Part shown: in pieces, positions 49,434 to 59,264 of the stretch | Layout of the letters: every line of letters starts with the position of its first letter | Position numbering within the stretch: position 1 is the stretch's first letter | IMG/VR virus record: IMGVR_UViG_3300025816_000006 | Coordinates: 64,001-128,000 of that record | DNA length: 64,000 nt | Direction: 5' to 3' (one strand) | From: a virus | Position numbers and translations under genes: made by a program | The notes under the pieces: generated by a model | Database searches by the model: none | What the model saw: the letters and a program-made list of their open reading frames with translations, nothing else | Told to the model about the DNA's origin: nothing

Positions 49434-50107
49434 TATCTGCTCCTATAATGTTGTAAATTTGGAAATAATTTATATCTAACATCTTGCCAAATAGCACCGC
49501 TGATTACCATAGACGCTTCGTTGTCTGATGGATAATGGACACCTTGTAGGCAGCGAGCAAATCCGGCAAGATTTATCATTTTAAAAAACTCAGACGATTT
49601 ATGTGGATACATGTCTGAAAAAAGGTAAGCACCCAAGGCCGCATAAACGGTATGACCCGATGGATAAGCCGGGGTGTGGTGTGTTTTTGATTCTGTTACA
49701 TTTATTTTGTAATTTAAAAGATCTCCTAACTGCTTGGGTCGCGGCCTATTAAACTTATGTTTCAAGTTCATTACAATAGGCTCTGATATCTTCCATATTT
49801 TTTCAAAATCTTTCTTTGGGATAGGCTTTCCCATTTTACTAAAGATTGGTTTATACAAATCTAAAGGTTCTTTGTCAACAAGATCTATTAGATTTTTTTC
49901 TTCATAGCCTAACTTACTTGTTAGTTTTTCTAAGTACTGAAGTTCTTTCTTTGTTTCTTCAGATGTGTTTTTAGGAGGCTCTGGTAAAACGCCTTCCCAG
50001 TCTATGGTTATAATTTTTGGTACTTTCCAAGTTCTCGTTTTGTTTGTATAAACAACCGAGTCTAGCCTTGAAGAAAGTGACTTGTTAAATTCTGATATAA
50101 TATCCAC
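49433..50107 (-). CDS. PAP2 superfamily phosphatase/haloperoxidase-like protein
   Basis: KxxxxRPRP, YPSGH, AR..GVHYPSD. Confidence 0.85.
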   Translation of the reverse strand: MDIISEFNKSLSSRLDSVVYTNKTRTWKVPKIITIDWEGVLPEPPKNTSEETKKELQYLEKLTSKLGYEEKNLIDLVDKEPLDLYKPIFSKMGKPIPKKDFEKIWKISEPIVMNLKHKFNRPRPKQLGDLLNYKINVTESKTHHTPAYPSGHTVYAALGAYLFSDMYPHKSSEFFKMINLAGFARCLQGVHYPSDNEASMVISGAIWQDVRYKLFPNLQHYRSR

Positions 50108-51339
50108 TACACCAAACCTTCTATTATTTTGCCGTTGTTCGCAATTCTCATTGGGCGACCATTCTTTGCTGTATAACTTTTTTCTGTACTAATTCCAAGA
50201 GACTTGCAAATTGTCATCATTAAATCTTCTGACGAGTATACTAGATCGCTAGTTATTTCTTTTCCATCGTCGCTTGTTGAGCCAATCGCTTGACCACCTT
50301 TAATTAATCCACCAGAAACAAATGCAGACCAGCATCTTGCCCAATGGTCACGACCAGCGTTTTGATTAATTTTTGGAGTTCTACCAAATTCTCCCATCAT
50401 AACGATAGCAGTATTGTTCCACATGTCAAGACGTTTTAAATCCAGCATAAGAGTAGAAACTACCTTGTCTAATTCTGGAAGTTTAGTTGATAACGTTTCG
50501 TGCGTGTTTTGGTGTAAGTCCCAACCGCCAAAGCCAAGCTCTACAAATGGCACACCTGTTTGAAGCAACCTTCTCGCCATCAAAGCGCCCTTACCAAATC
50601 CTGTCTCGCCGTAAGCGTCAATTACATTCTTAGGTTCGTCTGTTGGTTTTAAGGCTTTCATTTGTGGGCTTGTATTAAGTCTAAATGTTTGTTGCAACAT
50701 TTTCATATGACTCTTTGCCATGTCACTGTTGCTTCTTTTTACAAAACCTGTTTCTATCGCAGCAAGAGCTTGCATCCTTTCGTTATCTACAGAATCGCCA
50801 AGGTTTCTAACTTGACCGTTTGAACTTACAACAAAAGGATTCCAAGCAGAACCCAGAAACCCGCCACCAATACTTCCTGTACTAATTGAAAAGAATGGCG
50901 GTATTTCTAGGTAGTCTCTATCTTGAGATAGTTCGTAAGATATTACAGATCCCATTGATGGGTGACTCATATTTGGATTTGGCTTGAAGCCTGTGTGCAT
51001 ATAGTAGCGACCTCGCATGTGGTCTGCTTCTCTTGTTGCCATATTTCTAACAATAGAAAAATCTTTTCCTTGCTTTGCAAGCTCTGGCATAAGCTCGTTG
51101 ATTTGGAAGTCGCCAGTTGTAGTGATAGGTCTTGTTGGACCGCCAGTAGGAGCGCCAAACTTTACATCCCACATATCAATAGTCGGAGGACCGCCATTAA
51201 GCCAAATAAGGATTGCGCCCTTCTCGTTCTTTCCTAAATCCTCACGACTATCAATGATCTTTTGACCAAACGCAGTTGACGCTGCGGATACAGACGCTAA
51301 TCCACCCGCATGTTGTAAAAAATGTCTTCTGTTAATCAT
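50107..51339 (-). CDS. DUF1501 protein with Tat signal
   Basis: NRRHFL; WLNGGPPTIDMWD; GWDLH; GEFGRTPKIN..AGRDHW. Confidence 0.9.
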   Translation of the reverse strand: MINRRHFLQHAGGLASVSAASTAFGQKIIDSREDLGKNEKGAILIWLNGGPPTIDMWDVKFGAPTGGPTRPITTTGDFQINELMPELAKQGKDFSIVRNMATREADHMRGRYYMHTGFKPNPNMSHPSMGSVISYELSQDRDYLEIPPFFSISTGSIGGGFLGSAWNPFVVSSNGQVRNLGDSVDNERMQALAAIETGFVKRSNSDMAKSHMKMLQQTFRLNTSPQMKALKPTDEPKNVIDAYGETGFGKGALMARRLLQTGVPFVELGFGGWDLHQNTHETLSTKLPELDKVVSTLMLDLKRLDMWNNTAIVMMGEFGRTPKINQNAGRDHWARCWSAFVSGGLIKGGQAIGSTSDDGKEITSDLVYSSEDLMMTICKSLGISTEKSYTAKNGRPMRIANNGKIIEGLV

Positions 51340-52610
51340 ACTATAATATCCTTAATTACTTCACCAAAATCTACAATTTCAATAGGTCTATCTCCGGGAG
51401 CCATTAGTTCTTTATCGGCATTTATTCCCATTTGATGATAGATAGTTGTCGCCCAGTGTGGAATAGGAACTGGATTATCTTCTGGCTCTGTACCAGTAGC
51501 ATCAGTTCTGCCGTAAGTCATGCCGCCTTTAATTCCACCTCCAGCAAGGATAGAACTAAACACCTTGGGATAGTGGTCGCGTCCAGCATCTTTATTTATT
51601 TTAGGAGTTCTTCCAAACTCCGACACTACACAAACCAAGGTAGATTCCAAAAGCCCTCTTTCGGTCAAGTCTTGAATTAGCGCAGCAAACGCTTGATCAA
51701 ATGGTGGAACTTGAGAATCTATACCGCCAAAGATATTTTGGTGCATATCCCAACTACCATAAGTCATCGACACAAACCTAGCACCCGCTTCAACTAATCT
51801 TCTGGACATAAGCATCCTTGCGCCAGCAGTATTGCGTCCGTACCTATCGCGTACTTCTGGTTTTTCTTTTTCTATGTCAAAAGCGTCTTGAGCTTTTTGA
51901 TCTCCAACAAGATCGTAAGCTTTTTCATAAAAAGTATTCATAGCTTTTACAGCATCAGAATTAACTTTCTGATTCATGTTTTTGTTTACAATCTCTAGCA
52001 ATCTTTTACGCTTGATGAATTGTTCGTCAGTCACATTAAAAGATAAGTCTCTAACTTTGAATTTATCAGAAGCGGGATCAGAACCCAAAGAAAACGGAGC
52101 GTAGGCATTGCTTAAATATCCGGTTCCTGCAAACTCGTTGGGTTTTTCCGGCACACAAATGTAAGCAGGAAGATTATCCCTAGAACCGAACTCATGAGAC
52201 ACAACAGAACCCATAGAAGGATACTGGAGTGCAGGACTAGGCTTGTAACCTGTGAAAATACTGTTTGTTCCTCGTTCGTGTGCAGCCTCTCCATGCGTCA
52301 TGCTCCTGATAATTGTCAATTTATCCATGATCTGCGCGGTTTTTGTAAATCTTTCATTGATCTGAATTCCATCAACATTGGTGTTGATCGCTTTCATAGA
52401 ACCACGATACTCTAGAGGGGCTACAGTTTTAGGGTCAAGCGTCTCTTGAGCGGCCATTCCGCCCGGAAGATATATGAAAATCATACTTTTTGCTTGACCT
52501 TCAACGCTTTCGTAGTGCTTTTGCTCGCCAATCGCATACTGGGTTCCAGCAGCAGCAAACAGGCTTGTTTGAAGAAAAGCTCTACGTCCGATGTGAATAT
52601 GGTTAAACAT
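51336..52610 (-). CDS. DUF1501 protein with Tat signal
   Basis: GRRAFL; YLPGGMAAQETLDPK; RRLVEAGARFV; WDMH; SEFGRTPKIN..GRDHY. Confidence 0.9.
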   Translation of the reverse strand: MFNHIHIGRRAFLQTSLFAAAGTQYAIGEQKHYESVEGQAKSMIFIYLPGGMAAQETLDPKTVAPLEYRGSMKAINTNVDGIQINERFTKTAQIMDKLTIIRSMTHGEAAHERGTNSIFTGYKPSPALQYPSMGSVVSHEFGSRDNLPAYICVPEKPNEFAGTGYLSNAYAPFSLGSDPASDKFKVRDLSFNVTDEQFIKRKRLLEIVNKNMNQKVNSDAVKAMNTFYEKAYDLVGDQKAQDAFDIEKEKPEVRDRYGRNTAGARMLMSRRLVEAGARFVSMTYGSWDMHQNIFGGIDSQVPPFDQAFAALIQDLTERGLLESTLVCVVSEFGRTPKINKDAGRDHYPKVFSSILAGGGIKGGMTYGRTDATGTEPEDNPVPIPHWATTIYHQMGINADKELMAPGDRPIEIVDFGEVIKDIIV

Positions 52611-53478
52611 TTATCTTCTCCAGCAATATATTCTGAAAATTATCCCTGATTTCTATTCTCTTGGCGTACCACCACTGGTGCAGCCTCATAGCAAAGTTGT
52701 AAACACCTTCTTTTATCACCTTATTATACACTTCTGGAAGCTCATTCCACGATTTAACAAACGGAATTGGAGAATCAAATCCATAAATTCTACAGTGCCA
52801 GTCGCGATTCCAGTACTCTTTCAAGACCGGTATGCCTCCTGAGTTTAAAATCTCTGCAAATCTATTACATTCTGGGTGGACATTGCCCATAGGACAGGGG
52901 CAAATTACTGAATTTGCATACACATCCATAGATTGTTCTGGTGTTATCATGTCTTGAGAAAGCCAACCCTTGTTAAAATAATGAAAATGATCTTCCATTT
53001 TCTTCATTACTTCTAGAACTTCTGCTCTGTCAGACTTCAATTCGCCTATCATGGCAGTTTTAAACTTTTTTGTCTCTTTTGTAGGCTCTCTCATTTCTCC
53101 ATGACCTTTTCCCCAAAATAATGGCATAAATGTTACATTAGGTAAATCGAAGCTCGGCATCCAATTAGGTCTAAAGACATGGATGGCATCTTTATATAAA
53201 TTTGCTTTTTGTTGAATAAATTGAGGATATTGTTGATATGGGAACTCGTTAGACTTATGATATATGAGATATCCATTAGGTAATTTTTCTGCAAAATTAG
53301 CAACTTCATCAGGGATACCAAATCCCATGTGAGAATATTCCAAAACTGGCCTATCTATTTTAGAGGGGTCGTCGTCATAGCTATATTCATTTAATTTTAC
53401 GCCGTGATATAGGTGGTCAAACATATCTCTTTCAAAACCACTTTCACCCTCATGTCCTACTATATTTATTTCTCTCAT
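52603..53478 (-). CDS. Exostosin/GT47-like glycosyltransferase
   Basis: SVICPCPMGN...NRFAEILNSGGIPV matches the GT47 C-terminal motif. Confidence 0.6.
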   Translation of the reverse strand: MREINIVGHEGESGFERDMFDHLYHGVKLNEYSYDDDPSKIDRPVLEYSHMGFGIPDEVANFAEKLPNGYLIYHKSNEFPYQQYPQFIQQKANLYKDAIHVFRPNWMPSFDLPNVTFMPLFWGKGHGEMREPTKETKKFKTAMIGELKSDRAEVLEVMKKMEDHFHYFNKGWLSQDMITPEQSMDVYANSVICPCPMGNVHPECNRFAEILNSGGIPVLKEYWNRDWHCRIYGFDSPIPFVKSWNELPEVYNKVIKEGVYNFAMRLHQWWYAKRIEIRDNFQNILLEKINV

Positions 53479-54512
53479 CCCGGTGCCTCGTAATATCCTA
53501 TGGAAAAACCTTTTTTAGTGCAATCTTTTACTGTCTTTTTCATTCCGTCTGCTTTTAGCTTGTTGCCAACATGGATGCAGATAGGAGTGTCTGTACCTTC
53601 CCAGTTGTTTTTGTAAAAATGACACAGCTTCGTACATTTCCAGTGACTCCTGTCCTCCTTTAACGGTTTAGGAGATACATTGTCTCTTATTCCCTCAAAC
53701 TGTTTTCTAAGCATTTTTAAGAATCTTTTCTCATCTTCCGGCCCAAGACATATACTAAAAGGCATTGGGTCAACTTTACCATCTTTGTCTTTGTAAAAGA
53801 AAATGCTCATAATCCTATTAGGAAAATCTTTGTATAGTTTAGATATGGCATAGAAATACAGTAACAGTTGAGGGTCTTGTTCTAGCTTTTTATAGTCTTT
53901 TACCTCTCCTGTTATCCAGTCCATCCTACGACCGCTTTTCCAGTCAATGACTTCAATTGTATCATCTCCTATCAAAGTTGTCAAGTCGATAGTTCCCTTG
54001 ATTGCTAGTTGACCAGAGACTTTTTTTCCTTCTATTTCGTATTCAAACTTAGCCCAATCTTCTTCAATAGGAATGTCAAACTGCGCTTCTGGGTGGTAAA
54101 TGTTTCTCTGTCTTGGGTCAAAAAGACTGTCTGAGTGATTAAGAAAAGTGAATACAGTATCTCTAACAACCTTCCTGTCTCCCCTTGTGAAGTTATGAAT
54201 TGATCCCTCTGCATAATCTGTGACTGCTAATTCACACATTCTTTCCACGAACTCGTCCGTGTAAAGTTCGTCTTTTGTGATTCTAATCTTACCGCATTTA
54301 TCGTCCTCGATAACTAAATATTTTCTTTTAGGGTTATCCTGCTGAAACTTTTTTAGTCCAGCAAGAATTTCCATCACCTTATGGGCCATAGTTCCTAAGT
54401 CTGCTTTTTTATTACTATCAGACCTATGCCCCAAAACATAGGTTAGAAAGTACTGCATTTGACAGAAGTCGTAATTATTATAACTTGAAGATCTTATATA
54501 TGTTACTATCAT
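53475..54512 (-). CDS. PD-(D/E)XK exonuclease, AddB/Cas4-like
   Basis: SSS..FC, GTMAH, GTIDL, VIDWKSG, QLLLY, C-terminal CxxxC..C. Confidence 0.8.
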   Translation of the reverse strand: MIVTYIRSSSYNNYDFCQMQYFLTYVLGHRSDSNKKADLGTMAHKVMEILAGLKKFQQDNPKRKYLVIEDDKCGKIRITKDELYTDEFVERMCELAVTDYAEGSIHNFTRGDRKVVRDTVFTFLNHSDSLFDPRQRNIYHPEAQFDIPIEEDWAKFEYEIEGKKVSGQLAIKGTIDLTTLIGDDTIEVIDWKSGRRMDWITGEVKDYKKLEQDPQLLLYFYAISKLYKDFPNRIMSIFFYKDKDGKVDPMPFSICLGPEDEKRFLKMLRKQFEGIRDNVSPKPLKEDRSHWKCTKLCHFYKNNWEGTDTPICIHVGNKLKADGMKKTVKDCTKKGFSIGYYEAPG

Positions 54513-55300
54513 TAAATCTGCTCCAATATTTTTTTGACTTCTATTATAGTATCGCCAATTGTCATATTACCGTTATCAAGAACACTCCAGAAATTAGCGT
54601 GATTATAGTTGTCTACGTCTAGCGCAGTCTCGCTATCGTGCTTGTCTTCGTGTACGTCTCTTTCTAGTCTTACGACTTTACCCCCCGCCCTGTTAATTGC
54701 TTCTACTTCGTTAGGAAATCTTACATCTGCAACAATAGAAAGTTCGCTACCTTCTTTTGTGATTTTGTTTAAGCAAGCATTGGTCCATACGTTTGGATGA
54801 ATATTACGCATAATATCAGTTCCAAAAAACTGCATGAATTCTCGCGCTGTCATTTCCCCTTCTCTCCAGCCCCAACTCTTTTTTGAGTCTACTGGCATTT
54901 TCTTCATTATCTTCATGTTTTGATGCCTTGGCATATCTTCCCATCTTATATCGGAAAGTGTTTGATTTTTTTGTTCGTCTGTACCATAGGCTTGATCGTA
55001 TGTAAACCCAAATAGATTTATACACATGTCTTTTAACGAATCGGCAAAATTATATAGTTTTACATTAGGCCACATGTTGTAATGAGCATACTCTATGAAC
55101 TGCTCGTCCTTTCTTTCTATTTCAAACTCACCCCAACCTTCCTGACCTTTAGAGTTACTTGTTTTGATCAACAACTTCCCTTGTTCGTTTATGTTATAAT
55201 CACCGATCATTTCTTTTTGAAGCAACACTTCGCCGTGGATTATATTAGCAACGGTTGTTTTACCTGCTTGCTTCTTTCCGGATATACCTAGAATCATCAA
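54512..55300 (-). CDS. Deoxynucleoside monophosphate kinase
   Basis: GISGKKQAGKTT, FADSLK, REFMQFFGT, DVRFPNE, HDSE. Confidence 0.85.
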   Translation of the reverse strand: MMILGISGKKQAGKTTVANIIHGEVLLQKEMIGDYNINEQGKLLIKTSNSKGQEGWGEFEIERKDEQFIEYAHYNMWPNVKLYNFADSLKDMCINLFGFTYDQAYGTDEQKNQTLSDIRWEDMPRHQNMKIMKKMPVDSKKSWGWREGEMTAREFMQFFGTDIMRNIHPNVWTNACLNKITKEGSELSIVADVRFPNEVEAINRAGGKVVRLERDVHEDKHDSETALDVDNYNHANFWSVLDNGNMTIGDTIIEVKKILEQI

Positions 55301-56310
55301 TAAAGTCCTTGTACTTGGGATAAAATATGTTTCTCTATTTTTTTAACAGATGTATCTCCTACGTCTTTTTTTGGCATAGGAGGATAAATTAAATTGAACA
55401 TTCTATTTAACTCTCTCTGTATCTTCATTCTTCCTTCTCTACCTGCTTGGTCCATGTCTGTCAGTACAACTAAGTTTGTAACACCTGATTTTACAATGAG
55501 AGATTTTTGGGTTTCAGAGATATCTTTACCAAAAAGACCTACGCAATTTTTAACACCAGCTTCGTACATCCTCCAAACATCGCCTTGACCCTCTACAACA
55601 AAAAGTGTGCTTTTCTCTTGAGCAACCCCCATTGCATTGTCGTAATTATACAGATAGTCTGTTTTCTTAAAGCCTACGGAGAACAAATATTTAGGTTGTA
55701 TAAAATTCTTTGCCGCTCTCGCTATATATGCTATCTCTTTTTGTTTAAAAGTTACTGGGATGATAGCACGATTCCACATCTTTGAGTTTTTATCTATACA
55801 ATCTTGTACTCCAAAATGCTCTAATGTGTCAGGTAAAAATCCTCTCTTTTCAAAATAAAAAGAATTATTTAACGTTTCTACATCTCTCACATACTCTGAT
55901 TCTGTAGTCTTTTTCTTTTTACTAAATATATTAACTATCTCATCAAACTCACTTTTCTTAACTTTTGGCTTGGTTGATGTAGACCTGTACTCGTTTCCAA
56001 TGTTGTAAAGTTTACATATGTATCCTAGTGTTTCCGAAAACGTACCGTCCTCCCTGACGGCGCGAATAAACCCAAATATATCAGTACCAAAATCTTCTTG
56101 ACATCCGCGAGTCCAACACCGCCAGTTCTTTTGAGTTAGGGATATTGACAAGCCTTTATCGTTGTCACCTCCGTGTATTGGGCATTTCATAAAAATGTTA
56201 TCGGATATCTGCTCGTACTCTAAGTCTAAATCTTCCAGCAAGACATCTATGTTATCAAGGATTAGATCTTTTACTTTATCTAAATCAAGCTTTTTCTTTG
56301 TGTTTGTCAT
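55297..56310 (-). CDS. dnaG: DNA primase (CHC2 Zn finger + TOPRIM)
   Basis: CPIH...C..C; VVEGQGD; DMDQAG. Confidence 0.9.
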   Translation of the reverse strand: MTNTKKKLDLDKVKDLILDNIDVLLEDLDLEYEQISDNIFMKCPIHGGDNDKGLSISLTQKNWRCWTRGCQEDFGTDIFGFIRAVREDGTFSETLGYICKLYNIGNEYRSTSTKPKVKKSEFDEIVNIFSKKKKTTESEYVRDVETLNNSFYFEKRGFLPDTLEHFGVQDCIDKNSKMWNRAIIPVTFKQKEIAYIARAAKNFIQPKYLFSVGFKKTDYLYNYDNAMGVAQEKSTLFVVEGQGDVWRMYEAGVKNCVGLFGKDISETQKSLIVKSGVTNLVVLTDMDQAGREGRMKIQRELNRMFNLIYPPMPKKDVGDTSVKKIEKHILSQVQGLY

Positions 56311-56546
56311 CTGGGGTCTCTGTTAAGGTGTGTTGTATACTTTACAAACACTTCTTCTTGTAAGTCGTAGAATAACTTTTCATCTTCTGTTTTAACTAGC
56401 CAATATGAAGATTGTGTCATTAGTCCACTTTCGTAAACTTTAGTAACCTTGTATACAGACTGTGCGTCAGGAAGTGGGATCACATCTCCATGAGAAGGCC
56501 CACCATTAAATTGTGCTTCATATCTAGTCATTTTTTTCCTCGTCAA
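56307..56546 (-). CDS. Hypothetical protein
   Basis: Overlaps both neighbours; contains FNGGPSHG. Confidence 0.55.
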   Translation of the reverse strand: MTRKKMTRYEAQFNGGPSHGDVIPLPDAQSVYKVTKVYESGLMTQSSYWLVKTEDEKLFYDLQEEVFVKYTTHLNRDPR

Positions 56547-57984
56547 ATGGTAATTCAGCGCCTTCTAGGGCATCGTCTGTTCCAGATTTAATAAACTCAT
56601 CTCTTGTTCTTAGTTCTGAAAGTTTAGCATAGTCGCCATCCATTCTGAGGTTTATGTAGTTTCCATCATGCATTCCGGGTCCATGTCTAGAGACGATGGG
56701 TACAAGTTTTCTATTGCCTGCCTTTGGACCATCTTCTGCAAGTTCCTCCGCTGACTTTTCTTTAAAGATGGAGAATGATGTACACAGCCAGATAAGTCTG
56801 TCAGAACCGCTTACAGCGTCTGTAGACTCTTTTGTGATACCATCTCTATTCAGTTGAACAAACGCAAGACACGCGAAGTCATACTTAACAGCAAGGTTGT
56901 GTAGGTTTGTAATTTGGAATCCAAGCGCTTGATATTCTTGAATGTTCCCAGATATACCAGCAGACGACATGAGTTTGAGATAGTCATAAACAACTACACA
57001 CTCGTTTGTTCTTCCGTTTTCATCTGTGCCGACTTCTTGAATTACCCATCGCTTGATATGATTTAGGATATTCTCAAATGGCGCTCCTGCCACACTAACG
57101 TATGTATATGGTATATCTTTTATTTCTTCCATTGCTGATTTAACAGCGATAAACTTTTCTTCATCTTGTGCAAATTTTCCTGTAGATATTTCACTAATGG
57201 GAACTCCACTCATACTAGATAAGATTCTGTTTAAGTGATCTTCTTTGCTCATCTCTGTATCTAGCATCAAAACGGGTACACCCTTTCTTGCTACAGACAC
57301 GGCAACGTTGTCACCGAATACAGACTTGCCAACTTTAGGTCTAGCAGAAACTAGGTCTACACATTTACGTCTAAGACCACCGCCAATGGCGGCATCGTAC
57401 CTATCAAACCCGCTAGGTACACCAATCTGGTCACACTTGTTTTCGATAAGAAAGTCAACATATTCTTCTAATCCTTCACCTATTTTTTCAGGTTTATCTC
57501 TAGTATCGTCGTCTTGAAGAAACTCTGTAATTGGATTTTCTACGATACCAATAATATCGTCAATATCTTCGTCACCTTTTATTTCTTCTATATCTCTACC
57601 AATCTTGCTGGCAAGACTTCTAATCTTTCTGGCAAACTCAAACTTTTTAATCTGCGCAGCAAAGTGGATTACATTATCTTTCTTTACTGGGAACTCCATT
57701 AAAGAATTTATGTATTCAAGTTCTTGTTTGGTTTGTATGGTTTCAGAAAAACCCAACTGATCCGCAGCAGAAAGCAATGCGGGTAGGTCAACCTGAGTTT
57801 CTTTTAGTAGTATTTTCTCAATGCATTTGTATATTAGCTGATTATTTTGATGGCAAAAGCTATTGTGATCTATTATATCACTTATTTCAACGTATGATTC
57901 TAGACCGTAGGTAAAGAGACCAGCTAACACTGCTCTCTCTGCGCCTAAGTCTAACAACTTAGATTCCATTACTTGCCCCCACAC
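56524..57984 (-). CDS. dnaB: Replicative DnaB helicase (likely start 57969)
   Basis: AERAVL, ARPKVGKS, DTEM, YDYLKL, QLNR, SRHG. Confidence 0.92.
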   Translation of the reverse strand: MWGQVMESKLLDLGAERAVLAGLFTYGLESYVEISDIIDHNSFCHQNNQLIYKCIEKILLKETQVDLPALLSAADQLGFSETIQTKQELEYINSLMEFPVKKDNVIHFAAQIKKFEFARKIRSLASKIGRDIEEIKGDEDIDDIIGIVENPITEFLQDDDTRDKPEKIGEGLEEYVDFLIENKCDQIGVPSGFDRYDAAIGGGLRRKCVDLVSARPKVGKSVFGDNVAVSVARKGVPVLMLDTEMSKEDHLNRILSSMSGVPISEISTGKFAQDEEKFIAVKSAMEEIKDIPYTYVSVAGAPFENILNHIKRWVIQEVGTDENGRTNECVVVYDYLKLMSSAGISGNIQEYQALGFQITNLHNLAVKYDFACLAFVQLNRDGITKESTDAVSGSDRLIWLCTSFSIFKEKSAEELAEDGPKAGNRKLVPIVSRHGPGMHDGNYINLRMDGDYAKLSELRTRDEFIKSGTDDALEGAELPFDEEKND

Positions 57985-58394
57985 CGATTACATCGGTGAT
58001 ACTCTCCATAAACTAAACTAGCATGTTCCATGTATTTTTTTCCACAAACAGAACACTCAAGCTCAAGCTTCTTGGTTTTACCTCTATTTCTAGAACTTCT
58101 TTTTCTGTCTGAAGAAAACTCTTCTTCGCCTTCTAGTTGAAAGCTACCATCGTCAACCCATTTATTCTTCTTGGCTTTCACCGGATTTCTCCTTGTAGAA
58201 TCATTTATCTTTCTAGTAACAGTAAAATCTTCATTTACTTCTATATTAGAAGAGGCTATCTCTTCTTTTTGTTCGGGTTCTTCTTTTGTTTCTACACCCA
58301 TCGTATCACCGATAGTTTTAAACACCTGTTGAAATTGAGACATTTGCTCTGGGCTAAGTGATTCAATAAAATTAGCCATATCTTCTGAATTCAT
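57969..58394 (-). CDS. Hypothetical protein with C-terminal Zn ribbon
   Basis: CSVC...CNRC. Confidence 0.65.
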   Translation of the reverse strand: MNSEDMANFIESLSPEQMSQFQQVFKTIGDTMGVETKEEPEQKEEIASSNIEVNEDFTVTRKINDSTRRNPVKAKKNKWVDDGSFQLEGEEEFSSDRKRSSRNRGKTKKLELECSVCGKKYMEHASLVYGEYHRCNRCGGK

Positions 58395-58855
58395 TTTCTT
58401 TTACCTTTTTCAAATAGTATGTCAGCCTTCCTTCTTATATTATACTCTCTAGACTTGATATTTTCAAGCCTTCCTTGAGCAGTTATTTTCCAGTCATTAA
58501 TTTTTCTCGCTAGATCGTCATTTCTAAGAATAGTAGCCACCTTGGTTTCGTGCTTGGCGTATGTATCCCAGACACCACTACTTATCAATTCAGATATAAT
58601 ACTTTGAAGAGAGTTCTCGCACCACCGTATTACGTTTTCGCAGTTGGCGCGTTCTGAACCTACGTGGTCTACGTACTGCATTAGTTGGTAAGCATGACCA
58701 AAACATTCTTCCTGAGTTAACTTTTGCATACCATCTAAAGAAAGCGTTTCTGCTATGGCGAACTCTGGGTTAAACTTTGTTGGCGTTATGTTTTTAGCGG
58801 TTATGTAATTTTCAATACCATCTAAAAACTCTTTCAATCTTTCAGCGGCTGTCAA
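58391..58855 (-). CDS. Helical hypothetical protein (possible UvsY-like mediator)
   Basis: Coiled-coil-like 154 aa between recA and dnaB; the UvsY idea rests on position only. Confidence 0.45.
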   Translation of the reverse strand: MTAAERLKEFLDGIENYITAKNITPTKFNPEFAIAETLSLDGMQKLTQEECFGHAYQLMQYVDHVGSERANCENVIRWCENSLQSIISELISSGVWDTYAKHETKVATILRNDDLARKINDWKITAQGRLENIKSREYNIRRKADILFEKGKRK

Positions 58856-59264
58856 TTTGTTTTCTCCAATCTTCTATACTTTCTGAATACTTTAATACAA
58901 TTAAATCTATTTTGTTTAAGTTACACCAATCTTCTTTTACACTATCTCTTTTCAAAGAGGTTAAGAATCCGGCTTTAGTTTTATGAAAAAACTTACAAAA
59001 TTCGTAGTGCTGTTGCCCATGAACCTCTATCCCTAATGACAAGTTGGGTATGAAAAAATCCAAGAACAATACAGATTTTTTACTAGGACACCTAGAACCC
59101 GGAAGTTTTACCTCTTCTAATATAGAATAACCAGAAAACATTTCATGTAACAGATCTCTTGCTACCATATGATAGCGAGATTTCTTTGTTTTGTCATCTT
59201 TTTTTATAATATATTTTTTAAGGTCTAGATTGTAGCCTCTACCGTTTAAACCCGTAACTTTCAT
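58842..59264 (-). CDS. Vsr/DUF559-like endonuclease
   Basis: LDFFIP..IEVHGQQHY..RD..KEDWC. Confidence 0.75.
   Translation of the reverse strand: MKVTGLNGRGYNLDLKKYIIKKDDKTKKSRYHMVARDLLHEMFSGYSILEEVKLPGSRCPSKKSVLFLDFFIPNLSLGIEVHGQQHYEFCKFFHKTKAGFLTSLKRDSVKEDWCNLNKIDLIVLKYSESIEDWRKQIDSR

Noticed and set aside
53475-54512. cas4 / CRISPR system
   Set aside because: No repeat-spacer array or other cas genes; stand-alone Cas4/AddB-like nucleases are common in phage replication modules.
55016-55027. Further near-matches to the GTGTATAATA motif (here GTGTATAAAT; also an antisense variant near 16884)
   Set aside because: Inexact, and either far from a gene start or in the wrong orientation.
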